A DNA stretch of 64,000 bases from an uncultured Flavobacteriales bacterium (GCA_963933885.1 CAWVWF010000001.1:3638-67637), one strand, 5' to 3'; positions 38,883 through 50,224 are shown, counted from the stretch's first letter. Notes: generated by a model from the sequence alone, not told the origin. A program made the numbers and translations.

Positions 38883-41459
38883 TTACCATCCACTTAAGTT
38901 CCCTCCGAATGTAAATGTGAATTGCCCTGGGAAAGATGAGAATGTAGGTGCAACAACATCATTAGCTGGATTGAATGGGAAACCATAATCAAACCCTAAC
39001 ATTCCTAACATTGGTAAGAATAATCTAACTCCCATTCCTGCAGTTCTTTTAACATCAAAAGGATTGAATTGACTTAATGATGCGTAAGTGTTTCCTGCTT
39101 CCGCAAACGCTAAAGCGTATATTGTTGCTTGAGGCTGTAAACTAATTGGATATCTTAATTCGAAAGTATATTTAATTGCTGCAACTCCTCCATTATTTGC
39201 TTCACCTTTATAAACGATGTTTGATGAATTTGCTTCAGTAAATCCTCTAAGTGGAATAATTTCTCTTCCATCAATATTATATCCAGTTAAACCTGAACCT
39301 CCCATATAGAATCTTTCAAATGGTGAAGTTCCGATGTTTTTATTATAACTAGCTAAAACTCCAAAATTCACTTTAGAATACAATACCAAGTTTTGAACGA
39401 TCTTGCTATACCAACCTGCGTGGAACTTATACTTGTGATATTCTATCCATTTAAATTTATCTACATCATTCGTCATTGCTGCAATTGCAGCATCTGAATT
39501 TGCCCATGAAACAGCAGGTAATGAGAATTGACCGATTAAACTAAACTCTCCTCCTGATCTTGGATAAATCGGTTGATCAATACTACTTCTAGATAATGTT
39601 AATTTTAAATTTAGGTTATTAAATTTCCCTAATTCCTCTTGTGCAATATTTAATCCGCTATAGTTAAATACATCATAATGTTGGTATCCAACACTAGCTT
39701 GGAATCTGAAAAAGTTATCTGGAACTTTTAATCTTGTTCCCCAACCTAAACTAGCCCCTGTAATATACTGATGACCATCAGTACTTGTACTCTTTAGTCT
39801 TGTATGATAAATAGAAGTACTTAATGAATTAGGTCGTTTACCACCTAACCATGGTTCCATAAAACTAAAGTTATATGATTGGTACCATGCTCCAGAAGAC
39901 TGAGCTCTGATACTTAAAGTCTGACCATCTCCTGATGGAATTGGACTCCAAGATTCCTTTTTCCAAAACTTATTTAGGGAGAAGTTATTAAAACTTAATC
40001 CCAAAGTACCAACAACTCTACCTGCTCCATAACCTCCTTGTAATTCAAACTGATCAGAAGGTTGTTCTTCAACAATAAATTCAATATCTACAGTTCCATT
40101 TGCTGGATTTGGTTTTGGATTAACTTGTAGTTTTTCTGGATTGAAATATTTCAAGTTAGCAAGTTCTCTTTGAGATCTAATAATATCGGACCTCTTAAAC
40201 AACTCTCCTGGTTTTGTATATATTTCTCTCAAGATTACATGATCACTAGTTTTAGTGTTTCCTACTATTGTAATTCTACCAACAATTGCTTGCTTTCCTT
40301 CGTAAATCTTAACTAATAAATCGATAGAATCATTTTCAACCTTAACCTCAGCAGGCTCTAAGTTGAAGAACAAATAACCATCATCTAAATACAAAGAACT
40401 GACATCAGTTCCTGCTGGATCCATTGACAATCTTTGTTGTAATTTTTGCTCATTGTAAACATCACCTTTGTGAATATTTAAATATCTCTTTAAAAACTCA
40501 TTTGTGTATTTAGAATTTCCTGAAAAGTTGATATTTCTAAAGTAATAGCGAGTTCCTTCATTAACAGTAATTTCCAATTTAATTCTGTTATCAGCAGTTC
40601 TAATTAAAGTATCTTTTACAATCTTCATATCTCTGAATCCAAACTGCATATATGCTGCTTTCACAGCCTCTAAATCCGCTTGATATTCTTCATCAACTAA
40701 TTTTGAAGATTTAAATACATTCCATAATCTGAACCTTTTTGTTTCAGCCATGGCTTTTCTAAGCTTATTATCTGGTAAAGCTCTGTTCCCTTTGAATACA
40801 ATGTCCTCAATCCTAACTCTTGGACCTTCATCAACATCAAAATTCAATATTACTTTATTATTTTTCGTCGTATCATTTACTGTATGATGTGTAATCTTCG
40901 GGTATAACCTACCTTCTTCTTCGTAAAATAATTTGATTTTACTTTCAGCAACCAATACAATGTTTTTAGAATAAGAACTGTAAGTTAATGGGTTCAAAAT
41001 TTCTTCCAAATCCTCTCTATCACTTTTACTCGCTGATTTCCCCTCTTCTGTTTTTAAGACTTTAATTGATGAAACCTGTGGTGCTTCTTTAAATCTAAAT
41101 AGTAAATCAACATTTTCACCTTCAATTTTAGAAACAAAAAGCTGAATATGTGTGAAAATTTTATGCTCCCATAGTTTATGAATCGCTTTAGCAGTTTCAT
41201 CTCCTGGTATATGTAATTTCTGACCTTCAGACAATCCACTTCTGATTAAAATCGCACTTTTATTTAAAGTTGTTCCCTCAATAGAAATGGAACGGATAGT
41301 ATAATTTTTACCGATCTCTAAAGCTGGTTCTATATATTTTGGAATTACAATACTATCTTTTGCTGAAGAATCTAAAGTTGTAGATGCTACTTCTACCTCT
41401 TGAGCTAAAGTGATTAAAGCCGAAAAGGCAAATATAATTGAGCTAACTATTTTTTTCAT
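38883..41459 (-). CDS. bamA: outer membrane protein assembly factor BamA (Omp85 family: POTRA repeats + C-terminal beta-barrel)
   Basis: 858 aa. Signal peptide. Repeated POTRA-like segments (IRSISIEGTTLNKSAIL…). The C-terminus is a Gly/aromatic-rich barrel ending in an aromatic residue. It lies immediately downstream of uppS. Confidence 0.9.
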   Translation of the reverse strand: MKKIVSSIIFAFSALITLAQEVEVASTTLDSSAKDSIVIPKYIEPALEIGKNYTIRSISIEGTTLNKSAILIRSGLSEGQKLHIPGDETAKAIHKLWEHKIFTHIQLFVSKIEGENVDLLFRFKEAPQVSSIKVLKTEEGKSASKSDREDLEEILNPLTYSSYSKNIVLVAESKIKLFYEEEGRLYPKITHHTVNDTTKNNKVILNFDVDEGPRVRIEDIVFKGNRALPDNKLRKAMAETKRFRLWNVFKSSKLVDEEYQADLEAVKAAYMQFGFRDMKIVKDTLIRTADNRIKLEITVNEGTRYYFRNINFSGNSKYTNEFLKRYLNIHKGDVYNEQKLQQRLSMDPAGTDVSSLYLDDGYLFFNLEPAEVKVENDSIDLLVKIYEGKQAIVGRITIVGNTKTSDHVILREIYTKPGELFKRSDIIRSQRELANLKYFNPEKLQVNPKPNPANGTVDIEFIVEEQPSDQFELQGGYGAGRVVGTLGLSFNNFSLNKFWKKESWSPIPSGDGQTLSIRAQSSGAWYQSYNFSFMEPWLGGKRPNSLSTSIYHTRLKSTSTDGHQYITGASLGWGTRLKVPDNFFRFQASVGYQHYDVFNYSGLNIAQEELGKFNNLNLKLTLSRSSIDQPIYPRSGGEFSLIGQFSLPAVSWANSDAAIAAMTNDVDKFKWIEYHKYKFHAGWYSKIVQNLVLYSKVNFGVLASYNKNIGTSPFERFYMGGSGLTGYNIDGREIIPLRGFTEANSSNIVYKGEANNGGVAAIKYTFELRYPISLQPQATIYALAFAEAGNTYASLSQFNPFDVKRTAGMGVRLFLPMLGMLGFDYGFPFNPANDVVAPTFSSFPGQFTFTFGGNLSGW

Positions 41460-42211
41460 TAATTCTTTTTTTCCGTTAATTGTTCACTAGTTTTTCCAAA
41501 ACGTCGTTCTCTTCCTTGATAACAAATTAACGCATCGTATAAATCTTCCTCACGGAAGTCTGGCCATAATTTTGGCGTAAAATATAATTCTGAATAAGCC
41601 AATTGCCACAATAAAAAATTACTTATTCTATGTTCTCCTGATGTCCTAATCATTAATTCTGGATCAGGAATATTTTTAGTATAGAGGGCGTTATCTATAG
41701 TTGATTCATTTATTGATTCCACATCAAGAGTACCATTCTTAACTTGTTCAACGATATTCTTAACTGCTTCAGTCATTTCTGATTTTGCAGAATAACTTAA
41801 AGCTAAAACTAAAGTCATATGAGTATTATGGGCTGTATCATTTATGGCTGTCTGCAATTTCTCTTGAGCATTTTTAGGAAGACTACTTAAATCTCCAATT
41901 GCCATCAAACGAATTTTATTTTTGTTTAGTGTTTTAACTTCTTTTTTAATCGTATCAATTAAAAGATTCATTAAAGCATTAACCTCCAATTTAGGTCTGT
42001 TCCAATTTTCTGTAGAGAATGCATAAAGTGTAATAAACTTAATCCCAATCTTCGCACTTGCTTCTATAGTTGCTTGTACAGCCTTAACACCACTCTTGTG
42101 CCCGAAAATCCTAAGCTTACCTTTTTGTTTAGCCCAACGACCATTCCCATCCATGATGATTGCAACATGATTTGGAATATTATCCTTATTTACTTCTTCG
42201 AAAGACGCCAT
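41459..42211 (-). CDS. uppS: isoprenyl transferase (undecaprenyl-diphosphate synthase)
   Basis: HVAIIMDGNGRWA and LYAFSTENWNRP motifs. Confidence 0.92.
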   Translation of the reverse strand: MASFEEVNKDNIPNHVAIIMDGNGRWAKQKGKLRIFGHKSGVKAVQATIEASAKIGIKFITLYAFSTENWNRPKLEVNALMNLLIDTIKKEVKTLNKNKIRLMAIGDLSSLPKNAQEKLQTAINDTAHNTHMTLVLALSYSAKSEMTEAVKNIVEQVKNGTLDVESINESTIDNALYTKNIPDPELMIRTSGEHRISNFLLWQLAYSELYFTPKLWPDFREEDLYDALICYQGRERRFGKTSEQLTEKKN

Positions 42212-42251
42212 TAACTGAAAAATTCAACTTTTAAATGCACAAAAATAAACT

Positions 42252-43049
42252 TTAATTAAATGATCGACAAATGTCTTTCTTTGATAGATTCACAAAAAGT
42301 GTTATTCCTGTAAAAATATACCAATCTTTTGAGTATTTATCGCCTCTTTTCATATCCCCAATATCATCATATTCTGTAGAATTAGCAATGTTTTGTTGAG
42401 CTGTACTTCCTGAAGCAGATGTAGGGAGGTAAAAAGTACTTACATCATCCAAATAATCTGTAAATGTTTTTCTAATTCCCCAATCCAAGGATAATCCAAA
42501 ACGATTCATTCTAAATTTAACTCCTACTCCCATAGGTATGGTTAATAAATGTTTAGAATAAGAACTTCCTTCGGTTTCCAAATTTGAAGTAGCTATACTT
42601 ATTCCATTGTAATTTGCCTGCGGGTTATGATGCGCATAAGCAAATCCAAGATAACCATATGGTGAAACGATATGTGCTTGTCCATCTTTAGCTGAGAAGG
42701 GGAAAAAATTCAATTCTACAACACTACTAATTTCCATTATGTCTGATGTAAATGAAAAATTACGACCTGTATTGAATGAACTATTACTATTTTGATCATT
42801 CCCTTCAATAGTCCCGAAAGTAAGTGCAAACTTAAAATTTAAACGTTGGTCATAATTATACCTAAGCATCGGCCCGTAAGCTAAATTTATAGGATAAAAA
42901 TGATTCTTATTTATTTCTCCCAGATAATAAGACCCACCGCCAAATATACCAAGTTCCCAAGAAGAAAAGGTTGTTCCCAATTTACCATTGGCCTTACATG
43001 AGAAGCTAAGTAAAAAAATGAAAATGATATAGAAGAATTTATTTCTCAT
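42252..43049 (-). CDS. outer-membrane beta-barrel protein, paralog A (DUF6089-like family from memory, not verified)
   Basis: Signal peptide. It shares the GIRKTFTDYLDDVSTFY motif with the next gene. It has an alternating hydrophobic pattern. Confidence 0.55.
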   Translation of the reverse strand: MRNKFFYIIFIFLLSFSCKANGKLGTTFSSWELGIFGGGSYYLGEINKNHFYPINLAYGPMLRYNYDQRLNFKFALTFGTIEGNDQNSNSSFNTGRNFSFTSDIMEISSVVELNFFPFSAKDGQAHIVSPYGYLGFAYAHHNPQANYNGISIATSNLETEGSSYSKHLLTIPMGVGVKFRMNRFGLSLDWGIRKTFTDYLDDVSTFYLPTSASGSTAQQNIANSTEYDDIGDMKRGDKYSKDWYIFTGITLFVNLSKKDICRSFN

Positions 43050-43107
43050 GCATAAAAAAACCCAAACGTAGAAGTTTGGGTTTTTAGTATTTTTAGTTCG
43101 TTTGTGA

Positions 43108-44001
43108 TTAACGGAATTTCGGCATACCAGTTCTTGAAGTCTTCAGCTTGTAATTCGCATTGATCAACAAAAACATATATGAATCATTATCCGTAGGATC
43201 TCCTCTTTGCTGATAAGCTGCAGATCCAAGCCAAGTACCTCCAGTAGGATCAGCTGCTAAAGCTGCTGTTGATCCATATGCTGCTTGCAATTGATCATTT
43301 GGAAAATACGTAGTACTAACATCATCAATATAATCAGTAAATGTTTTTCTTAGTCCATATTCAATTCCAACTAACCATCTTCTATCAACAGCCCATTTAA
43401 GACCTCCACCAACTGGAATTGCTAATTGAAATCTACTATATGGACTTCTAGTTGGAGATAAGTTTTGACCTTCTGTTCCTAAATCATATAAATTCTCCCA
43501 ATTTCCAGCTACTTTTCCTTGTGGATTAAAGAAGAAACCTGCAATTCCGAAGAACCCATACGGGTATATTCCCATTTTCTTGATTCCCTTAACTCCTCTT
43601 AATTTAAACCTATGTCCTCTTTTTTCTTTTCTTAAGTAGAATTCAAAATTATATCCAACCTCTGCAATATGTGCTCTAAAGTTTAAATTTCTAGCTTGTC
43701 TTAATGGTTCGTCTGTTAATGCATCATCACCTGCAACCATTCCCCATGTTAATGTGAATTTTGAAGCTAACTGTGGTGTATGCTTAAACCTAAGTCCTAC
43801 CATTAAAGAAGGACGAGTAGTTCTCATTTCCAAATCCTTCATATAATCAGTACCAACTTGATCAGCACCTCCTAATTCACCAAGGAAGTTAGAAACTCCT
43901 ATTCCGTAAATAGCTTCCCATCTAAAACGCTTCCATCTCTGGGCGTCAGCTCCTAAAGAAGCTCCGATAAGTATAACGAGTAATAGTACTTTTACCTTCA
44001 T
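43108..44001 (-). CDS. outer-membrane beta-barrel protein, paralog B
   Basis: GLRKTFTDYIDDVSTTYFP motif paralogous to 42252..43049. Signal peptide MKVKVLLLVILIGASLGADAQ. An alternative ATG lies at 44034. Confidence 0.55.
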   Translation of the reverse strand: MKVKVLLLVILIGASLGADAQRWKRFRWEAIYGIGVSNFLGELGGADQVGTDYMKDLEMRTTRPSLMVGLRFKHTPQLASKFTLTWGMVAGDDALTDEPLRQARNLNFRAHIAEVGYNFEFYLRKEKRGHRFKLRGVKGIKKMGIYPYGFFGIAGFFFNPQGKVAGNWENLYDLGTEGQNLSPTRSPYSRFQLAIPVGGGLKWAVDRRWLVGIEYGLRKTFTDYIDDVSTTYFPNDQLQAAYGSTAALAADPTGGTWLGSAAYQQRGDPTDNDSYMFLLINANYKLKTSRTGMPKFR

Positions 44002-44083
44002 TTTCAGTTGTTTTAACACACTTAGAACAAACAAATATATAGTATGTTATCATCTAAGCCAAATTGTAAGAACATTTATCTAC

Positions 44084-44965
44084 TTAGTTCCTAGTATCCA
44101 AGCCCCAGCTTAACTTATTTCTTATGGTTGTAAAAAATGAATGTTCAGGTGTTCTAACAACATTCATGTAAAATTCTCCATTCTCAATAACTAGTTCTTC
44201 ATCAATTTTAATTGGCTCACTACGTGCATCTAACGCTACTAAAAACTCATCATCCCTTCCTTCTAACTTTAAAGTTATTTTCTTGTTATCAGGAATAATT
44301 AATGGTCGTACATTTAAATTATGTGGTGCAATTGGAGTAATAATAAACACTTCACTCCCTGGCATTACAATCGGCCCAGAACAACTAAGATTATACCCTG
44401 TAGAACCAGTTGGAGTTGAAATTATTAAACCATCTGCCCAATAAGAGTTTAAATAATCGTCATTTACATATGCGTGTATAATCATCATAGAGGAAGAATC
44501 TTTTTTATGCACCGTAACTTCGTTCAATGCATAATTAATATCTCCAAAATGATTAGCCTTAGTTGTTAATTTTAAAACACTCCGCTTATCGTATTTAATG
44601 TTTCCTTTTAATATTTCAGATAGAGGGGCTTTTACCTCTTCAGTTGAAATACTCGATAAAAAACCTAATCGTCCAGTGTTAATTCCAAATACTGGCACTC
44701 CTGAATTCCTCACAATAGATAAAGAATCCAATATTGATCCATCTCCTCCCAAACAAATTAAAAGATCAAAGTTTGTAATTTCATCCGAATAAGAAAATTT
44801 ACCAAAACCTTCTACTCCTACTACATTCCCTTTCATTTGCTTGTACAAACCTGAGTATATACAAACCTCTTTTAAATTAGTATGTGATTTTAAATAATCA
44901 AATAAATTTTGAAAGGTAGTTAGTTTATCAGGATTGAATTTTATACCGTAAATCGCAATTTTCAT
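44084..44965 (-). CDS. nadK: NAD kinase
   Basis: GGDGSILD and NTGRLGFL motifs. Confidence 0.9.
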   Translation of the reverse strand: MKIAIYGIKFNPDKLTTFQNLFDYLKSHTNLKEVCIYSGLYKQMKGNVVGVEGFGKFSYSDEITNFDLLICLGGDGSILDSLSIVRNSGVPVFGINTGRLGFLSSISTEEVKAPLSEILKGNIKYDKRSVLKLTTKANHFGDINYALNEVTVHKKDSSSMMIIHAYVNDDYLNSYWADGLIISTPTGSTGYNLSCSGPIVMPGSEVFIITPIAPHNLNVRPLIIPDNKKITLKLEGRDDEFLVALDARSEPIKIDEELVIENGEFYMNVVRTPEHSFFTTIRNKLSWGLDTRN

Positions 44966-45004
44966 AGAAATCTATTTGGATGGTTTTACAACAATAAGCA
45001 AAAA

Positions 45005-46378
45005 TTAAATAGGCGCAACAAAATTTAAATAAAATCCTGCCAACCCATCTTTGTTAATCGACACTTCCGTTCGAATTACCATATCATAATAAGAAACCCA
45101 ATCAAAACCTGTCCCGACTCCCCAAAGTAATTTATTATTTAAAGAATTTCCACTATTTTTTTGATGCACATATCCAAAATCTGAATAAATATTCCAATAC
45201 ATAGCAAAGTGGGCTTTACTAAACTTCTTCCATTTCCGTATTAACGGTAATGTGAATTCCTTTGGTGCCACAAGTTGAAACTTATAATTTGTTTTTGCCA
45301 AAAATGAAGCTTGTCCAAAAACTACATATGGCTCGTAACCTCTTACATATTCATGGAATCCGAGTCCTGATTGAAAACGAAAAGGAATATCTTTTTGAGT
45401 AAAAACATTCATGTAAGCTCCTCCGGCTACAAAATGCCGCTTTTTAAGATGCTTATATAATCTGAAATTAGATGTAACCCGTGTTACAAACAAATCTGAT
45501 TTATCAATACTCCCTAATCCAAACTGACGTACGCGAAAATCGAAAAAATGTCCTGTTAGAGGGTAGTTTTTACTAAACCTTTTATCAATTTTACACCAAT
45601 ACATTAAGGCTATATATTTTAAAGATCCATCAGTATTTCCAAAATATGCTACGCTATTATCATTTAATTCATGCGCACTAGATAGATCCTTAAATTCGAT
45701 TGCAAAAGTTTGTAAATTATAAAACCCAGACCTTAATGTGAATTCAACCAATGCACTAAATTCATTAAAAATAATATCTGAATCATTTTTAATGTAATTC
45801 ATTTCATTATTTTCCACCCCAGAAAAAATTTCATTTTGAGTTCCATAACTTGCCCCAATCTTCAATCCTCCACGTTGATTTTTTGTTAAATACGGTATTT
45901 GATATTTAAATCCTATTTTTTTTGTAAACCCATAATAGAATTGACCTTGAAGGGTTTGATTTAAACCTAAAAAGTTATTCCTGTTTACAATTAATCCATA
46001 TTCAATCCGAGAAAAGTTTTTGGTTTTCCACCACTCCGAAAAGTTTCTGTCTTGAAATTTTATAACAACCTGAGGCCACAAGTACCACCGTTCTTGTAAT
46101 TTAATTCTTGCAACCCACATTCCAAGAGTATCAACAAATACTACTTTTGTAAAGTTAAATAGAGATGTGTTTAGCAAGTTGTTTTCCGCATCAGATACAT
46201 ATTTAGCAGTATCAGAAAACAGTATTGTATCTTGAACTGAAAAGGATACTTCCCTTAGAATAATTCGTTTCTTGGTTGTTTTATTTCCTGAGATTTCAAT
46301 CTTTGATAAAACAAAAGAATCTTGCCCGATTACATTAAAGGATAAAAAAACAACTATTAAAACGAGTATACCTCGCAC
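45005..46378 (-). CDS. outer-membrane protein with an N-terminal POTRA-like domain (Omp85/TamA-like family)
   Basis: Signal peptide. SKIEISGNKTTKKRIILREV is a POTRA-type beginning. A long beta-rich C-terminal region follows. Confidence 0.55.
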   Translation of the reverse strand: MRGILVLIVVFLSFNVIGQDSFVLSKIEISGNKTTKKRIILREVSFSVQDTILFSDTAKYVSDAENNLLNTSLFNFTKVVFVDTLGMWVARIKLQERWYLWPQVVIKFQDRNFSEWWKTKNFSRIEYGLIVNRNNFLGLNQTLQGQFYYGFTKKIGFKYQIPYLTKNQRGGLKIGASYGTQNEIFSGVENNEMNYIKNDSDIIFNEFSALVEFTLRSGFYNLQTFAIEFKDLSSAHELNDNSVAYFGNTDGSLKYIALMYWCKIDKRFSKNYPLTGHFFDFRVRQFGLGSIDKSDLFVTRVTSNFRLYKHLKKRHFVAGGAYMNVFTQKDIPFRFQSGLGFHEYVRGYEPYVVFGQASFLAKTNYKFQLVAPKEFTLPLIRKWKKFSKAHFAMYWNIYSDFGYVHQKNSGNSLNNKLLWGVGTGFDWVSYYDMVIRTEVSINKDGLAGFYLNFVAPI

Positions 46379-46380
46379 AA

Positions 46381-47088
46381 CTAGATATTTAAATACTTCA
46401 TAAATTGATCATAGCGACGTTCTAAATCTTCATCGTGTATACTTTGATGAAACGATGCCTTCACTTCGTAATCATATCTATTAAAAGCTGCAATTATAGA
46501 AGTTAAATCAGACTTATTTGTTTTAACAATTAGTTCAATTTTTAATGAATCTTCTTGAGCTGAAATATATGATGATAAAATTTTCGCATTATCATCTTCA
46601 ATAATATGTGCAACTTGAGCCAAAGAATAATCTCTAGCATTTAGTGCTAAAATAATAATACCTCCTGCGACATTTGCATTTGTGATTTTTGTAAATTCAC
46701 TTGCCAAATCTTGAATTGAAATTACGCCTAGATATTGTTCTTTAACATCCAATACAGGAACAACACTTAAATTGAATTCACTAATTAATGCAATGATTTC
46801 ATAAGAATGACTAAATCCATTAACATATGGTCTAGTTAAATTTGGCTTTGTTTCGTTTAAAGGAAGAGAATCATCATCCAAATCATAAATCTCATTATCA
46901 GAAATCAAACCGCGATATTCTCCAGCCTCAACGACTGCAAGATGTGAAACACGATTTTCATCCATAATTTCCAATGCTTTCGAACCAGAATCGGTACAAG
47001 AGATTGATGGAATATGAAGTGATATTATTTCTTTCGCTATCAATTTAAATTTCGTTAAATGATTTTTATAAAACTTTACGCTATTCAA
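46381..47088 (-). CDS. CBS-pair domain protein
   Basis: Two CBS-like segments (…[21 protein letters not shown]… and …[20 protein letters not shown]…). Confidence 0.7.
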   Translation of the reverse strand: MNSVKFYKNHLTKFKLIAKEIISLHIPSISCTDSGSKALEIMDENRVSHLAVVEAGEYRGLISDNEIYDLDDDSLPLNETKPNLTRPYVNGFSHSYEIIALISEFNLSVVPVLDVKEQYLGVISIQDLASEFTKITNANVAGGIIILALNARDYSLAQVAHIIEDDNAKILSSYISAQEDSLKIELIVKTNKSDLTSIIAAFNRYDYEVKASFHQSIHDEDLERRYDQFMKYLNI

Positions 47089-47134
47089 AAGTAGTATTTT
47101 TTTAGCTTTGCATCATTATTTTAATAGATTATCA

Positions 47135-47857
47135 ATGACTGTACTTAGCGTTAATATTAATAAAATTGCAACTCTTAGAAATTCTAGAGGAGGAGATACA
47201 CCTAATTTAATTGAGGTTGCATTAGATTGTGAGCGCTTTGGTGCTCAAGGGATCACTGTTCACCCTCGCCCAGATGAACGTCACATTAAATATCAAGATG
47301 TTAAGGAATTAAAACCTCTTTTAACAACTGAATTTAATATTGAAGGCTATCCAAACAAAGGTTTTAATGAGTTGGTTATTGCAAATAAACCTGCTCAAGT
47401 AACACTCGTTCCTGACCCGCCAAATGCAATTACAAGTAATGCAGGTTGGGATGTCCAATCGAATTTTGAATTTTTATCAAATACAGTGAAGGCTTTTCAA
47501 GCAGAAGGCATTAGAGTTTCGTTGTTTGTTGAAACTGATAAGACTCAAATTGAATGGGCAAAGAAAACGGGAGCTGAGCGTATTGAATTATATACAGAAG
47601 ATTACGCTAAGAATTTCACAATCGACAAGTTCAGTGCAATTGCTCCATATAAGGAAGCAGCTGAATATGCACATGAAATTGGATTAGAAATAAATGCTGG
47701 ACATGATTTGAATCTTGAAAACTTAAACTTTTTCGCAAAAGAAATTCCATTTTTGAAAGAAGTATCCATTGGTCATGCACTTATTGCAGATGCTTTATAC
47801 TTAGGATTGGAAAATACAGTTCAATTATATCGTCGTGCTTTAAATACTGAAGAATGA
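47135..47857 (+). CDS. pdxJ: pyridoxine 5'-phosphate synthase
   Basis: [17 protein letters not shown] and [10 protein letters not shown] motifs. The track start 47108 is a TTG. I moved the start to the ATG at 47135. Confidence 0.9.
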   Translation: MTVLSVNINKIATLRNSRGGDTPNLIEVALDCERFGAQGITVHPRPDERHIKYQDVKELKPLLTTEFNIEGYPNKGFNELVIANKPAQVTLVPDPPNAITSNAGWDVQSNFEFLSNTVKAFQAEGIRVSLFVETDKTQIEWAKKTGAERIELYTEDYAKNFTIDKFSAIAPYKEAAEYAHEIGLEINAGHDLNLENLNFFAKEIPFLKEVSIGHALIADALYLGLENTVQLYRRALNTEE

Positions 47858-48618
47858 GTTTGAATTATAAAAAATACGGAGAAGGAAGTACAACTTTAAT
47901 CATATTACATGGTTTGTTTGGTTCGTTAGATAACTGGCAAACCCTAGGGAAAAGGTTTGGAGAACACTTTACAACTTATATCATTGATCAAAGAAACCAT
48001 GGAAAGTCACCTCATCTTGACACACACAATTATCAAGAAATGGCTAATGATTTAAATGAATTGATGGATGAGCTTAATGTTGAGGACGCGTATATCATTG
48101 GTCATTCTATGGGCGGAAAAACTGCGATGCAATTCTCAATTGAGCAACCTCATCGCGTACGAAAAATGATAATTGTTGACATTGCTCCTAAATATTATGC
48201 TCCACATCACCAGGATATAATTGGCGCATTAGAATCTATTGATTTTAATATAGATAACGACAGGAAATTAGTTCAGGAAAAAATTGCTCAGAAAATAAAC
48301 AACCCAGGTGTAATCCAATTCTTAATGAAGGGATTAACATGGGTAACAAAAGAACAACTTGGATGGAAATTCAATTTGAAAGTTTTAAGTGAGCAAATTG
48401 AAAACATAGGTGAAGAACTTACAGGCCATGCTTATTTCACTAATCCTACTTTATTTATAAGAGGAGAAAAATCAGATTATATAACAGATGATGATCTTGA
48501 CATCATTGAAGAAGCCTTCCCTATGGCTCAGCATGTAACAATTGAAAACGCTGGGCATTGGTTACACGCTGAAAATCCAAATCAATTTTTTGATGAAGTA
48601 ATAACATTTTTAAAATAG
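47854..48618 (+). CDS. alpha/beta-fold hydrolase (esterase, YbfF-like)
   Basis: Nucleophile elbow [11 protein letters not shown] at the N-terminus forms the oxyanion hole. It overlaps the pdxJ stop by 4 nt. Confidence 0.8.
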   Translation: MSLNYKKYGEGSTTLIILHGLFGSLDNWQTLGKRFGEHFTTYIIDQRNHGKSPHLDTHNYQEMANDLNELMDELNVEDAYIIGHSMGGKTAMQFSIEQPHRVRKMIIVDIAPKYYAPHHQDIIGALESIDFNIDNDRKLVQEKIAQKINNPGVIQFLMKGLTWVTKEQLGWKFNLKVLSEQIENIGEELTGHAYFTNPTLFIRGEKSDYITDDDLDIIEEAFPMAQHVTIENAGHWLHAENPNQFFDEVITFLK

Positions 48619-48649
48619 CATGGGATAATTGCGGAAGTTCCTTAACTTC

Positions 48650-49387
48650 ATGCTTCGAAATATGTCTGACACTTTAATCATCATACCAACTTATAATGAA
48701 ATCGAGAATATCGAGGATATTCTTCGTATCGTATTTTCATTAGATAAAGAATATCATGTTCTTATTGTTGATGATGGTTCACCTGATGGGACTGCCGATG
48801 CTGTTAAAAAGTTGCAAACTGAGTTTACTGGAAAACTTCATATAGAAGAAAGAAAAGGAAAACTTGGATTAGGGACTGCTTATATTCATGGTTTTAAATG
48901 GGCATTAGCTCGAGAATATGATTTTATTATTGAAATGGATGCAGATTTTTCTCATCCTCCAACTTCATTAATTGATTTATATAATGCTTGTAAAATTGAA
49001 GGTGGTGATCTTGCCGTTGGATCAAGATATGTTAGTGGAGTAAACGTTGTGAATTGGCCAATGAGTCGTGTTTTAATGAGTTATTTCGCCTCTATGTATG
49101 TTCGATGGGTAACACGGATGAATGTTAGAGACACAACTGCTGGGTTTGTATGTTACCACAGAAGAGTTTTAGAAAGAATAAACTTAGACAATATTAATTT
49201 TGTTGGTTATGCATTTCAAATTGAGATGAAGTTCACGTCATGGAAATTAGGTTTTGAGATTAAAGAAGTTCCAATCATTTTTACAGATCGTAAAAAAGGA
49301 CAATCAAAAATGAGTTCCTCTATTTTTAAAGAAGCCATTTTCGGTGTTCTATTCATGAAAATAAAATCATGGTTTAGAAAGTATTAA
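48650..49387 (+). CDS. family-2 glycosyltransferase, polyprenol-phosphate mannosyl/glucosyl-transferase-like (DPM1-like)
   Basis: IIIPTYNE…VDDGSPDGT…EMDADFSHPP motifs. The track start 48629 is a TTG. The first ATG is at 48650. Confidence 0.8.
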   Translation: MLRNMSDTLIIIPTYNEIENIEDILRIVFSLDKEYHVLIVDDGSPDGTADAVKKLQTEFTGKLHIEERKGKLGLGTAYIHGFKWALAREYDFIIEMDADFSHPPTSLIDLYNACKIEGGDLAVGSRYVSGVNVVNWPMSRVLMSYFASMYVRWVTRMNVRDTTAGFVCYHRRVLERINLDNINFVGYAFQIEMKFTSWKLGFEIKEVPIIFTDRKKGQSKMSSSIFKEAIFGVLFMKIKSWFRKY

Positions 49388-49462
49388 GAAACTTTCGATT
49401 AGACTTATTACAAATTTCACGGTACGCAAATAAATGTACAAGCTATTCCATAGCTTTATAAG

Positions 49463-50224
49463 ATGAAAAAAATATTACTGGGATTTAGTTTAATGTTAAC
49501 AAGTGCTGTTTTTGCAGATAGCAATGATAATTTTAATATTGTAAAAACAAATCAAACTGTAACGATCGATGGTAATTTAAATGAATGGGGAGCAATTCCT
49601 AAAACTTCTAGTTTTTCGAACCACTCAACGGGAGCGAAAGGTACCGCAGGAGTATTCGCTCAAATGATGTGGGATGATAATAATTTATACATTGCTTTCA
49701 CTGTTACAGATTCAGACATTACTGCTAATCACGTTAACCAAGATGATAATCTATTCGATAATGATGATCTAGTTGAAATGTTTTTTGATTTTGATGGGAC
49801 TGGAAAAAATTATTTAGAATTAGGTGTTTCTGCAACAGGTGTAAACTACGATTTTAATATAACCTGTCCCGGAACAGGTGGTTGTGGTTCATGGAATTCA
49901 GATGGTATTTGGGATATTACTGGTTTAGATTCTAAAACTATCTTCAATGGAACTATTAATAATAATTCGGATGTAGACACCGGTTATACAGTAGAGATAA
50001 AAATACCTTTAAGTAGTTTATCTAATATGATCGGAGGAAATTATACTACAGTACAAGAAGGGACTACTTGGAGAGGAAACCTTTTCACAATTAATTATGA
50101 TACAGGAGCTGGGAAACTTGCTGGAACTGATTTTCTTTCATGGAGTAATGTAGGGTCTCATGGGTTTCATCAACCTCCTCAATTTGCAACTTTTACATTC
50201 GGTGCATTATCAGTTGGGAATTAA
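49463..50224 (+). CDS. secreted protein with a CBM9-like (DOMON-like) carbohydrate-binding domain
   Basis: Signal peptide. The pattern IDGNLNEWGAIP…AQMMWDDNNLYIAFTVTDSDI…EMFFDFDG…YLEL is typical of family-9 carbohydrate-binding modules. Confidence 0.55.
   Translation: MKKILLGFSLMLTSAVFADSNDNFNIVKTNQTVTIDGNLNEWGAIPKTSSFSNHSTGAKGTAGVFAQMMWDDNNLYIAFTVTDSDITANHVNQDDNLFDNDDLVEMFFDFDGTGKNYLELGVSATGVNYDFNITCPGTGGCGSWNSDGIWDITGLDSKTIFNGTINNNSDVDTGYTVEIKIPLSSLSNMIGGNYTTVQEGTTWRGNLFTINYDTGAGKLAGTDFLSWSNVGSHGFHQPPQFATFTFGALSVGN

Noticed and set aside
42252-44034. The two beta-barrel paralogs as PorP/SprF-type adaptors for the type-B CTD cargo proteins.
   Set aside because: The conserved locus position next to uppS/bamA and the RKTFTDY(I/L)DDVST motif fit a different barrel family (DUF6089-like, from memory). 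They are not adjacent to any cargo gene. I kept this as an open question in the findings.
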